DNA of 64,000 nt from Rhodosorus marinus CCMP1338. Its lineage: Eukaryota > Plantae > Rhodophyta. The position numbers and the translations under genes were made by a program. Of the stretch, positions 21,163-32,201 are shown piece after piece (position 1 is the stretch's first letter; each line of letters begins with the position of its first letter). A model generated the notes under the pieces. The model had not been told where the DNA came from. It made no database searches and saw nothing but the letters and a program-made list of their open reading frames with translations. Location: assembly GCA_029953675.1 (NCBI GenBank), contig JAMWBK010000008.1:1736001-1800000 (forward strand). Reading direction: 5' to 3'.

Positions 21163-23376
21163 ATGGCGGTGGATTTGTACATGGATCCCACCACGGTCAA
21201 CGTGCTGACCGACCTAATCCTTTTGGTTTTGCAAGTCGCTTGGGTGAAGCTCATGGCATGGCTGACCGCGCTTGACTTGAAGCGGAACCTGAGAAAGGGA
21301 AATCGCCTGTTTTCTTACGAGCACTGGGGTACTGGGGCATACTTGTACTTTGGAATTCGAAAATACAGGAAGCTTTCAAAGAAAAGCGCGTTGACTGCGG
21401 AGGAGCGGCGCCACTTCATGTTCCACTCGTGTATTGCCTTCAGCACAGTTATTTTCACACTGGCCTTGATTTTCCTGCACATACTCATTGATTATGGTCT
21501 GGACTTTAGGCAGATACCGCAGCGTACTGGGACGAGCGCTGCCTACGATATGGTTGGATTCTCCCCTAATTCCGAGTATATCACGCTGCTGAACCAGTAC
21601 CAAAACCTGGGCGAGGATCTTGCCAGCTGTGTGAACGAGGGAAAGAGTCCAGAGGATTGCCGAGACAGCGTAGAAGAGGTCTCAGAGTTTGTCAGAGAGA
21701 AGCTGCGCGAGGGAAGCAGCTTCGTCAAGCAACTGTATGAGGCATCTAGCTTAACCCAAGTGGATGTGATCGAAGAAATGGAAATTTCGTATCAGTGTGC
21801 TGATAGCAATGCGATCAATGAAAAGTTGAATTGCAAGGTTGTCGAGGAAACGACGGACTTTTTCAACGGAGAGTTTCGATACACGCCGGAGAATGCGATC
21901 CACCGCAAGAAGCAACTGAGAATGTTGAAGCTTGACATGCGTGCGAAGCAAGTGGTCGCTGAGAGGGCCCTGGTTCGGAAAGGTGCCCACACTGAGGAAC
22001 TTTTGAATAGGCTCCGTGGCGTGGACAAGGACCTTAGCTACGTGTCCTTTGAAAATTTCAAGGATGAGAGACAGACGGCAACAAAGATCACCGTCGAGAA
22101 AGCTCAGGTTGATTCGTTCGCCAAGGTGGAAGCCAAGTATAGGCTAGCCAGAGTGACCACCGACTCTGGGGTCGTCTACAACGGAAACAAGCAGGGTGTC
22201 AAGTTTAGGCAATTGACTCGGAGCAAATTCGGTCGGAAAGCCGATGAGGACTTTACTTTCAAAACGGTGGTGCAGACGAACGTGGCATGGGACGTGAAAT
22301 CTGGCGTTCACTGCGTTAGTCCTCATTTCCGTTCCAGACGTGATGGCGAGAAGTTCCAGCTGGAAATTTCCTACCAGGGCCAGGAGTGTGGGAAGTACCC
22401 CATTACGGGGAACTTCGACTGGTGTTACGCTGAGGATCTCGCCTACGAAAAGTCCGCAAACGAGGAGGACAAGCCAGAGGAGATCAGATTTGGACGGCAG
22501 AGGGCATTTGGAGTCATTGTGTTGACCGTCGGCGACGAGTGCTACGACGAAGTATACTCAGCCTATCGGCCGTTCATGAACGATGATATCCCGGCTGATC
22601 AGAGGACCTTCACACTCGGCATGAGCTTTGAGGTGCTGTGCACTCCGGAACAAGGTGGCCGAACAATGACCTGTGCCTATGGCAGCACAAGACTTTACTA
22701 CGACGGAGAGAATTTTCTCAACGAGGAACCGCCGGAGGTATCGGAGGAAGACCAGGCTAATGGTATTCGCGAGTTGGATCCAATTAAGGCCAAGGCTGAA
22801 ATATCGTTCCACATGGCTGAGATTGACGGTGGTGATCCGAGCGTCAACCGAGAAGTCATTGCAAACGCGAAGGCCGTGATAAATGAGCAGTATACGGAGC
22901 TCCGTGAGTTCACTGATTTCAGGGTGATGAGAGGGCGTTTGTTTGGGTCCCTGGGACATTTTGCGTTCCGGGATACGATCGCCGCGTATTCCTCTCAGAT
23001 TGCTGCAGTTCAACGTACTGTTGGAACATACGAGCTAGTGAACATTGCGGTGCTTCTTGACGAGTACATCGGAGGTTTCCTGGCGGTAGTGTGCATTACG
23101 GGGGTGGCGCTGTTGCTAGTAATTTACCGGTACTTTGCGGAGAGGTATAAATACAGATACCTCAACTTCCACGTGAAGGTACCGTTGACTATAACGGAGT
23201 GGATTCACACCGCTCTCAACGATGACGACAAATTTACGACGGGATCTGGAGATTTGAATCAGAAGTTGGAGTACACTGGTAACCCAGACACGCTCCGATC
23301 TCACAGGGGTGGGAGCATTGTAGGCTTTTTCAATACGCCGGAGGCGTTGGACAAAACCAAGCATGTTGATGAATAG
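21163..23376 (+). CDS. Novel 3-TM membrane protein with a large Cys-containing ectodomain (paralog 1, 737 aa)
   Basis: Intronless ORF. The first ATG is 21163 (the track start at 21112 is TTG) and is colinear with the Met of paralog 2. Hydrophobic segments near aa 12-37 and ~90-110, and YIGGFLAVVCITGVALLLVIY near the C-terminus. Confidence 0.9.
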   Translation: MAVDLYMDPTTVNVLTDLILLVLQVAWVKLMAWLTALDLKRNLRKGNRLFSYEHWGTGAYLYFGIRKYRKLSKKSALTAEERRHFMFHSCIAFSTVIFTLALIFLHILIDYGLDFRQIPQRTGTSAAYDMVGFSPNSEYITLLNQYQNLGEDLASCVNEGKSPEDCRDSVEEVSEFVREKLREGSSFVKQLYEASSLTQVDVIEEMEISYQCADSNAINEKLNCKVVEETTDFFNGEFRYTPENAIHRKKQLRMLKLDMRAKQVVAERALVRKGAHTEELLNRLRGVDKDLSYVSFENFKDERQTATKITVEKAQVDSFAKVEAKYRLARVTTDSGVVYNGNKQGVKFRQLTRSKFGRKADEDFTFKTVVQTNVAWDVKSGVHCVSPHFRSRRDGEKFQLEISYQGQECGKYPITGNFDWCYAEDLAYEKSANEEDKPEEIRFGRQRAFGVIVLTVGDECYDEVYSAYRPFMNDDIPADQRTFTLGMSFEVLCTPEQGGRTMTCAYGSTRLYYDGENFLNEEPPEVSEEDQANGIRELDPIKAKAEISFHMAEIDGGDPSVNREVIANAKAVINEQYTELREFTDFRVMRGRLFGSLGHFAFRDTIAAYSSQIAAVQRTVGTYELVNIAVLLDEYIGGFLAVVCITGVALLLVIYRYFAERYKYRYLNFHVKVPLTITEWIHTALNDDDKFTTGSGDLNQKLEYTGNPDTLRSHRGGSIVGFFNTPEALDKTKHVDE

Positions 23377-23599
23377 GCCACGCCGTTGGAAATTTTTTTA
23401 TACTAGAGTTGTTTGGCAACAGTTTGAACTCGTACGAGTCTCCGAGTTTTCGATATATTCCTTAAAACGTTTTTAATAGACGGAACTCGTAACTCAACTT
23501 AAGGTCCGACTGAACGCCACGTGCATCAAGAAACCTCGCCCAACAAATACGTACGTCGGGCTTGTCGTCCGCTTCCCAGATCGTGACCATTCAGGTGAA

Positions 23600-24330
23600 A
23601 CGGAGAGCGGTCAAAAGTAAAGGGCTGTAGAATTGACAATAGCTCCCTGGCATTTCTCCGGCGGTCCCGGTTGTGCAGCAGAGCTTTATGTCAAGTAAAC
23701 GAGTGTCCACCTGGTCATCTGAAACACCCCAAATCCATGCTGTGCAGATTTTTTATGAGATTGCTCGATGTGGCTAGGAGACGCCCGCGAATGCCTTGGA
23801 GCACGCTCGCATCTGGCGGGGCCCGCTTGCTCAATCTGAACTATGGTGCTCAACGACGAGCTGAAGTTCATTCACCTGGGGAGGGACTCAGCTAGCTGCG
23901 TTGATGGATGCGATGTCCCTTTCGTCAAATGCGGCAGCCCGCATGACTCCCAGGATTACAACGGGAGCTGCGTTTGTCTCTGACAGACATTGGGTACTAA
24001 AACCCGGCGACCGTAAATTGTGTGTTTTTGGATCGGATCTGTCGCAGCTTCTTTAGGATCAGTTTCCGGATGCTGAGCACGCGTTGACATCGGTAAGCAA
24101 GGACGCCTTCCCCTCGATATCACCACTCCGGTTTTACGTTGTGATGATCTTCTTCAAACTGCGTTATTGGAATACCCCATCAAAACGAGTTCTTTTTGCC
24201 ATGTACAAGAGGACTTGTGCTGTGTCGCTCGTATCAGAGCCAGTCTCCGGGCGCCCCGGTCTCGGCTCCCTCGATGAGGTCAATTTTTGCCCCATTTTGA
24301 CATGGACTTGCTTGAGGAGTGGAAGTCAAA
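23600..24330 (-). mobile_element. Degenerate Ty3/Gypsy RT remnant
   Basis: Across shifted frames: VF...P..SP....KIDLIEGAE; RSLKKIITT*NR; KLILKKLRQIR; ATSSNLIK...LGCF...RNARELLSIL. Order is consistent with Gypsy RT. Confidence 0.5.
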
Positions 24331-26567
24331 AACACACGCAGTTCTGTAGTCACCCCACTTCAAGGAGTAGAAGGCGCTCATCAACTGCACCGTCATCCTG
24401 TTCAGACTCTGTGCGGGAGAGAGGGAATTGACTCTCTCACCGTCTTCCCCTTCCCACACTGACAATCGACATCCACCCGGATCGTCTCTATCTTCTTCCA
24501 TCAATCAATTCATAGACTCCTCAGTCAAATAAATTGAACATCATTTAGAACAGGTTGACCAAATATAGATATTGAAATTATACATCAAAAAGAAGCAAAA
24601 AACACACAAAAAAAACTAGAAACTGTTCTCTCGTCAGCGCCAACGAAGGAGCCCCACAGGAAGAGACGCGAGAATTGAGGACATCCCAAAACGTCCATTG
24701 CTGGGCACCACCCCCCCTCCCTTCCACAACAGAACGGGATGTGTAGTATGGAGATATCTTCAACGAACAGGATGCGTCAAGACCAAATAATCCCTGTAAT
24801 GTTTTCCAAAAAAACATTTTGCTTTAATAAATGCAAAAACGGAAGAAAAAAGCAAGGATTCGATGGGAGGGGATGAAGGATGAAGCTATCGGTTCCTCAT
24901 GAAGATTATATTGTATGATGGAATATATTTGCTATGTTTAGACCTTGATTGCTACAAGGTAAGGGGGGGAAGGGAGATAGTTTTGGAGAGAAAAATTTCT
25001 GTTGGCGATGATTATGTTCTCTCGAAAAGCAAATAAATATAGTAGCATTTCTCGTAGGTCTTATCACTGAGGGTCGTCACTCGGGTTTCCTCTAATGAAA
25101 TTTAATTATTTGCAATCCGATGAAAACAATCAGTGAGTGATTGTTGATGTCTCTCTTTCTTCTGAAATGGGGTTGGCTGCACTCTGGAATTCACCGCCCT
25201 TCTTACAGCGTCGGGATACCCTGCAAAATCGTTTTTAAGAAATTATTTTCCATTCTAGATGAAAACCCCCACCCCTCGGTAGACCACAAGCTCACCCCAT
25301 CGGGCTAACCTCGAATTCTTGCCTAGCAACCAAAAAAAAACCAGCTATGTCAAAAGTCAAAAGAACTCAAATCGAGGAGAAGGTAAACACAAAAGGACCC
25401 TTTTCTAAGGAAAAACATTATGTAGTGGTCATGAGAACTGAGAATGACTTACCCTTCTCCGTTTAGACTTTGTATCTTCGTCGATTTTCACATCTAAAAG
25501 TTCAGGAAAGCGTTTTTGGGAGATGGAACGCAAAGGCATGGTCCGTGTAAATTTTTAGGTTAAAACAAATACCCTTTGGTAGGCAAAGCGGGACATAGGG
25601 TAGATAGGTTTTTACTACTATTTTTAACATATACGTACATTCCTCTACTCGGCGGGGGGGGGGGTGCAGGAGCTTACACAATCCCAACCATGCCAAAATG
25701 TCATGTTTTTTTGGGCGCGTTTTCTCACACAAGCGATTAGTTGTGAAAGAGGAAAAATCTTTGGATTCTATAAAAACTTAATAAAAACCCAAAAGTAAAA
25801 AAAAATCCATGTTCTGGATGATCGATCGTCTTTTTAGGAGAAAAAAAAAAAGTTTCTTTTTAGAGAGAGAGGTGCACACAGCGGGCAATTGAATGTGAGG
25901 CATAGAAAAACCTCTCCAAAATGAGGAGAAAAAGAAAGAAATCTAACACCCCAAAATCGAGTCTATACGTACCTGAAGTTTCCACAGCGGAAAGACCAGA
26001 AAATTTATAAAATACAATTTGACAACGGACCCAGCCTCTATTTCTTAGGATAACGAATTGGGCGGAGTTTGGAAAGGGGGTGGGGTTTTAAATAGGGGCC
26101 GGGGGTGGTGTAAGGTAGATTGGTAGTTTCTTTTTTTGGATGTTTTTGTTGCACTAAAAAGATGATGGGACGCTGACGATTTGGGGGTCTCCAAATTGTT
26201 GTTAATGGTGTAATTTTTCACTCGTTACGGGGGGTTGGGTTTTTGGGTATGTGGTGTTTTGAGCGGGTCTCGGCTGTCTTGCAAAGACGGGTGACAAAGG
26301 AATGGTACGGGGAGGGATGTGGGCGAGGGTGTTAAGATAGTGAACTCCTAGATGAGATGGGAAGTGGTGGACTGGTGAGAGGATCTGGTAAAGGTGGGGA
26401 CGGTTTGAGAAGTTGTGAAGGGAAGGTGGTTTTGTAGACCAAAGGTTGGTGAGCCGGCGAACGGCTGAGTGGTGTCGTTCAGGTTTTTTGCTCGGATGAG
26501 TGGGTGTTGAGGGTTTGCGAGCTGACTTGAGGGCAAACAGGCTCAGAGTCTGTGGATTGGAACCGAA

Positions 26568-28769
26568 ATGGCGATTAGGGTAGCGGCGAGTCCCACTATT
26601 GTAAACGTTATCACCGATGCGGTGTTAATTGTTTTGAACTTGTTGTGGTTGAAGTTTATGTCCGTTCTGACCGCTTTGGATCTGAAGAGGGATCTGAGAA
26701 ACGGGGAACGGTTGTTTTCTTATGAGCACCTGGGCACTTTTCACAATCTGCACTACGGTGTGAGTAAGCATAGATATTTGACGAGGGAGAAGATGATGGA
26801 TGATAAGCTGCGTCGACACTTCCGATTGCACACTTTGAAATCAGTGTTCTTGCTTATCGTCGCGATCATGCTTGTTCTCCTCCACATTCTTATTGATTAC
26901 GGACTTGGTTTCGATACGGAGCCGACAGTTTCCAACGAAACAGATATTTACGAAATGATGGGTCTCCAAGCAAACAGCAAGGTCTTCACAAATTTTGAGG
27001 CCTATCGTAGGATGGTTGTCGAAGAGGACTTTTGCGATCATCCTGATGCTCCGTCTACCTGTAATCATGATCAAGTTACAACGCTCATTGCGCGTTTGTG
27101 GGAGCTAAACAGAGAGACGACAGGGTTCGCAAGGACCTTGTACAATTCGCCGTCTATGAGCGACGCTGACTTCCTCGACTACATGGAGGCCGACTATGTG
27201 TCCTTGAGGAAAGATGGGCAGTCTCCAGCGGCCAACGCTTGCCTCATTAGAGACGTAACAGCGCTGGAAAAGTTTGAAGGGAATTTTGCATTCACCGAGG
27301 AGGACTGCCAGATCGATGAGTCGTATGTAACAATGGTCCGGGTTGATGGTCGGGGAAAACCTGTAGTCAACGTAAGATTGTTAGCGCCGAATGCCAAAAT
27401 GCAAGCAATGTATGAGTCTGTTGGCGTGGAGGATGTACTCAGCCAAGTTGCGTACGCTAGTGGCAAGGACGAGAGGCAAGGGGAAACGACCATGTCGATT
27501 AGGAACGTAGATGCGCCCGGAAAGAACCCGAATAATCTTAGCACGATGGCCGTGGAGTTCGACAGTAAGCTTAGTTACGTAGACGGCCAGAAACAGACCT
27601 TCAGCACTGTGCAGTTGACCAGGCGGGGCGAAGGCGTCTTCGCGGATCCAGATTTTGGTTTGCTTATGGAGACGAAAATAGATACCCCTATCCTCGATCG
27701 AGATCCGTGTCTCGCGCTGAACGATGCTCAAGGACGTGGAAGGCTAAATTTGCAACTAAGGGTAACCCACCAAGGGGAATTCTGCGGAGAGTTCCTTCCT
27801 ACGTTTGCTACCCGGACCTGCTCTTCGTACCCCCTGGCAGCTTACGACGAAGTACCAAACGATGGCATAGTTGGCATACAGGTTGCCGGTGTTGTGATAC
27901 TGGTTGACAAGACCAGCAAGTGTGGTAAAGCGGCGTACGAAAAGTACGGAAGCCAAATGGACGAAGATGTTGATGAAGACAGGAATCAATTGTTCTTGAG
28001 TGTGGTCTTGGACATTGCCTGCGTTAGGATAACGGAGCCTGATGCTGAGACCGTTCAGCACAGTTGCGTGTATGGAGCGGATAGTGTGCAGTTCCAAGAC
28101 GGCGAGTGGAAGGCGTTTGAAGACACTACTGGGGATTTAGAGGGTATTGTTCCCATTCCTTTGAGAACCGAGCTCAGCTGGGTGGGTGGATCTGTAAACG
28201 GGGGCTCGTCTACAGAGGTCGCCGCCGTGTTTACGGAGATGAAGAGGAACTTGAATACTTTCTACCCGGAACTCCATTCACAGACAACCTTCAACATGAT
28301 GCGTGGCAAAATTTTCGGTTTGAAAATGCATGAGAGCATGCTCGCAGTGATGGCTACGTTTTCCAGCCAGCTCACCGCAGTGAATCGGGAAATGGGCCTC
28401 ACAGGACAAGAATCTGTGGCCGTGCTGGAGGGACCGTACCTGGGTGGTGTGCTGGCGGTACTGATTATCAGTGGAGTTGCATGCCTGGTTGTTTGTCTCC
28501 GGTATCTGCAAGAATGGTACGAATACCGGAAGCTGGGTGTCCGGGTCAACGTCCCGCTCTCCATAACGGAGTGGGTCGAGGCGGCGCTTACACGAGAGGA
28601 CCTCGAAGATCAAACGCCAGGGGCGGAAGCCGGGGGAACGAAGAAGGACATTGATGGGGTTTACGAGTTGACGGCTAAACGGGTGGATGATCCTACCCAG
28701 CAGGAGTCGCGAAGCTACGTTGCTTTCTCGGAGAACACTCAGCCTTTGGAGAAAAGTGAAAGCAACTAA
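26568..28769 (+). CDS. Novel 3-TM membrane protein with a large Cys-containing ectodomain (paralog 2, 733 aa)
   Basis: Intronless ORF; 34 of the first 56 residues are identical to paralog 1. Shares LTALDLKR.LR.G.RLFSYEH.G, LHILIDYGL, KDERQ, MRG..FG, SSQ..AV.R, GG.LAV..I.GVA and VPL.ITEW. Confidence 0.9.
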   Translation: MAIRVAASPTIVNVITDAVLIVLNLLWLKFMSVLTALDLKRDLRNGERLFSYEHLGTFHNLHYGVSKHRYLTREKMMDDKLRRHFRLHTLKSVFLLIVAIMLVLLHILIDYGLGFDTEPTVSNETDIYEMMGLQANSKVFTNFEAYRRMVVEEDFCDHPDAPSTCNHDQVTTLIARLWELNRETTGFARTLYNSPSMSDADFLDYMEADYVSLRKDGQSPAANACLIRDVTALEKFEGNFAFTEEDCQIDESYVTMVRVDGRGKPVVNVRLLAPNAKMQAMYESVGVEDVLSQVAYASGKDERQGETTMSIRNVDAPGKNPNNLSTMAVEFDSKLSYVDGQKQTFSTVQLTRRGEGVFADPDFGLLMETKIDTPILDRDPCLALNDAQGRGRLNLQLRVTHQGEFCGEFLPTFATRTCSSYPLAAYDEVPNDGIVGIQVAGVVILVDKTSKCGKAAYEKYGSQMDEDVDEDRNQLFLSVVLDIACVRITEPDAETVQHSCVYGADSVQFQDGEWKAFEDTTGDLEGIVPIPLRTELSWVGGSVNGGSSTEVAAVFTEMKRNLNTFYPELHSQTTFNMMRGKIFGLKMHESMLAVMATFSSQLTAVNREMGLTGQESVAVLEGPYLGGVLAVLIISGVACLVVCLRYLQEWYEYRKLGVRVNVPLSITEWVEAALTREDLEDQTPGAEAGGTKKDIDGVYELTAKRVDDPTQQESRSYVAFSENTQPLEKSESN

Positions 28770-29431
28770 AGTTCTCATCTAGAGTAGTTGCGAGGTGCGG
28801 TGTCTCTTCATCGCGTGTGGAGAGGGGAAGCGTTGATTTTGGCACTGCCTGCGTTGTACATTGTCTGTAGAGCTAGGAAGAGCGGTAGAGCGCAAGCAGA
28901 CTCCCGGTGTTCCGTAGTTTTATTAATATTTTTGTATACGGAAGTAAACTTTAAAAATTAGGAAGAGGTGTGGTCGGGTCGAGCGGTTCCGATGCCGAAA
29001 TCCAAGCCAAGGTGCTTTCTGCAACCCTGACCTCTGTCTTTAGAGTTTTGCCGGGAAACGAATCGCCGTCCTGAAACGTTTTCACAAAGGCCGTGTTCGA
29101 CGCCCTTCGCTGTCTCAAAAACAGCTTCCACCGGGGTTTGGATTCGACCCCTGCCGTATTCCCAAAGCAGTTTCTCTGGGACTCGCTCGCGGGTTCGATT
29201 CGTGGAGGAAAAGTGCGACTGCCTTGCGAGTTGTAGGAGGTTTTGAGCAAGGGTGATGGTCCTACTTCAGCATGGGCACTTTCTTACGAAGCTTGAGGCT
29301 GGTGGACTGTGGAGAAGCAACGCCAGTGATTATGATAAAGGTCTTTTCAAAACCTTTGCTTTTAGTTTTTTGATACAAAGCGCCAGAGCTGACTTACTAC
29401 AACTACGCTTTCAGAGGGAAAGCAACCCACC

Positions 29432-30055
29432 CTAGTTAATTGGAATGGACGTGCTCGGAGCCTCCGAAGGGACGCTCTTGGGGATGGTGATCGTCAGAAT
29501 TCCATCCTTGACGTTGGCAGATATTGCTTCCCTCTGTACACTCTTCGGAAGCGGGAACTGCCGTTTAAATTGTTTTGCCGTCGTCCAACCTACAGATTGC
29601 TCAGCCTTTGGTTTCTCTTCCTCCATGTAGGGGGTGGCCTCTGTCGGCTCAGCCGCAGCCTCAGTCTCCTTGACCTGCGCGGTGCTCTTCTGCATCTTCC
29701 CAGAGGCTACCAGAAAATCGCCAACGATCTCAACGTTGATGTCTTCTTTCGCAAACCCAGGCACTTCCAGTCTAACCACGTACTCTGTATCCTTGTTTAT
29801 GAACTCCCCTCTCGGGGCAGTCCGAAAGCTCCCATCCGAGTACCCGCTCGATGCCATCTCCTGAAACAGCGGGTTCAGGATCTCGTTGAAGAGGGGACTG
29901 GTCCAGAACGCATTGTTCATACGCATGGGGCTCACTCGCATGGGTCTCATCATGCCTCGTCGATAACTAGGACCACATCGACAAGTCGTGTTCACCCTAG
30001 TCACCACGGGACTCCCGACTCCCGCTACACTACCAACAAATCCAACAGAGTTCAT
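29432..30055 (-). CDS. HSP20: Small heat-shock protein (HSP20/alpha-crystallin), probably plastid-targeted
   Basis: YVVRLEVPGFAKEDINVEI...L..SG and FKRQFPLPKSV..EAISANVKDGILTITIPK...IPI; Arg/Ser-rich N-terminus with a GFV motif. Confidence 0.92.
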   Translation of the reverse strand: MNSVGFVGSVAGVGSPVVTRVNTTCRCGPSYRRGMMRPMRVSPMRMNNAFWTSPLFNEILNPLFQEMASSGYSDGSFRTAPRGEFINKDTEYVVRLEVPGFAKEDINVEIVGDFLVASGKMQKSTAQVKETEAAAEPTEATPYMEEEKPKAEQSVGWTTAKQFKRQFPLPKSVQREAISANVKDGILTITIPKSVPSEAPSTSIPIN

Positions 30056-30242
30056 CTTTCAAAAACAAAAAAATACTCCCTTTCTTCTCGTACTCTCTTT
30101 CCTCGTTCTCTTCACATTCACCCTCGTCGTCCAACACATGCACTTCATCCATTCACCTCTTCCCGTCGTCCTATAAGTACCCTTCCCAATGCCATTACAC
30201 CATTCCACTTCTCCAGATCCAAATCGCAACTCTGCCACCCGA

Positions 30243-30411
30243 GAAACTTCCATGCCGCCTCTAATAAAATAAAACCGAAAAAAATCCTTTTTCCCATGTT
30301 TCTCGAAATCTAGTGGCTCTAAGAGATATCCTAGAATATTATTTATTAAAATAAATAAACATAGTATCCACCTCAGCTAAAATTCTAGAAATATGTGGAA
30401 TATTCTAGACG
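30243..30411. promoter_or_regulatory. Heat-shock element cluster upstream of HSP20
   Basis: GAAacTTC at 30243-30250, TTCtcGAA at 30300-30307, and a phased array aTTCt-aGAAa-(tatgt)-gGAAt-aTTCt-aGAcg at 30382-30411. Confidence 0.7.
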
Positions 30412-31609
30412 AATCATTTCCTCCTAAATAATATAGTCCCTTTTTATTGGATATCTATCCCGCTTGAGATCTTGAATTAGATAATAATTAGTATGGAATG
30501 TCCTCAACGGATTTATTGTTGGCCTAGAACTAGTTAGGATTTCTGGTTTACTAGATATCGATATGTCTTAATTATGACCTTTTTTAGATGAATACTTTGA
30601 ATTTTAGGGGTATATTGGAAAGAAATGGTATTATTTAGTGTCGGAAATCTTTTTATAGGGTTGTCGTGTTTTTGATGTGGCATCAAAAATAACATTGAGG
30701 TTGGCATTGCTGGCATTCGGTGTTGTCCGAGTTGTGCGTTTTTTTATTTGTGTGCTTTCCGTGCTCACCTCTTTAACCAGCACTAGATTTTGCTGGAAGG
30801 TGCTCTGGCATCGGTATCTGAAAATCCCTCCTTGTATGGTCGGTTTTCACGCTGTATTTACACCCACCGAAGTTCGAGTGCCGATCTCTCCATGAGATCT
30901 GGTGAAACCGGGTTCAGTCCATAGTTGTTCTCAGTTCTTGTAACGTATTTTTGGGGGTGTAAGTGTGTATCCAAGGATTGTTATGTCAGCCACCAGTCTA
31001 AGCCGTATGTGATGCTGAGTTTCTTTATTTCCGTACGCCGCCGCAGACGTTGCGCTTGTAGTCTGTTCGAGGTTTGGCATGACTCATCAGTAAAAACTCC
31101 ACACGACATACATATGCTAGGCATCTTCAGTAACACAACACCAGTAAGCGCCCCATCCAAACAAAGCCCTCCACCACAGACAACAGAGTACTCGATAATC
31201 CCTGCCGTGCCTCCAGACCCTTCCGATCCCCTGAAATCATCCAATCCACTCCGCTCGTGTACGAGCAAATCATTCGATCACCAAGTATCATCTATCATAT
31301 CTGAAATTTGTGATGTGCACCTGCACAGAGGGCGGAAACCTCCCTTCACCTCGCTCGAAGCCTGAAAGGCATTATGATGATTGTTTTCAATCAAAAACAA
31401 TCATCAATCACTAGGATAATAAAGATTGATTCTCACTCAATTTCGCATAATCGATTGACTCTCTATCATTATCCTGGATATTGACTGTAGTTAAGAAAAA
31501 TTCCCACAATTTAGATTTGTCAAGTGGGACAGTAAGCCAGGAGCGTAAAGAGGTCTCTGGAACTATTGCTGTCCCAGATAGTGATGAGACTTGTCTTCTT
31601 GAGCGGAAG

Positions 31610-32055
31610 GCTTTCATCGCCTTTGCCGCTTTTGAGGAGCTTCAGGTTCGGAGGCGTTTGGATTGCCTTTGGACTGTTTGCGATCTAAAGGCTTCTCTGG
31701 TGAGCTTTCAAATGCTTGATTTGTATTGTCCTGTTGAAGTCGTTGAGGCTCTTCTTCGGAGCTCAAGTGTTTCCATCGCCTTTTGTGGATTTGAACAGCT
31801 TCACATTTGGAGTCGTTTCGGATTTGCTTTTGCGCTGCGATTCGTCCTGTTGAAGTCGTGCAAAGGCTCCTCGTCTGAGCTCAAGCGTTTCCATCGCCTT
31901 TGCCGCTTTGAAGAGCTTCAGTTTCGGAGTCGCTTGGATTTCTTTTAGACCGTTTGCGATCCAAAGGCTTCTATGTTGAGCCTTTTAAATGTTTCATCGC
32001 CTTTGTCCTATTGAGGGCCTTCAGTCTCAAGAGTCGTTATGGATTGCCCTTGACT
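31610..32055. repeat. Degenerate modular repeat, 4 copies of a ~60-100-bp core
   Basis: TT(C)CATCGCCTTTG...TTGA..AGCTTCA..TT.GGAG.CG.TTGGAT at ~31614, ~31771, ~31888 and ~31992; GTCCTGTTGAAGTCGT at 31729 and 31844. Confidence 0.8.
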
Positions 32056-32201
32056 TTTTTGTCTAAAGACCTTTTTTTAACGCTTCTCCGCTGAGGTGAG
32101 GTTTGGTGTTGGGCTTGGGGTGGGGGTTTCGTGGAGTGAAGGGGAAGAGCGAAGTGAATGTGTACATATTATACTGGGAGCGGACCCATTTTTGTTTAGC
32201 A

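Noticed and set aside
29130-29210. tRNA-like T-loop motifs (GGATTCGACCC, GGGTTCGATT)
   Set aside because: T-stem pairing and the rest of the cloverleaf are absent.
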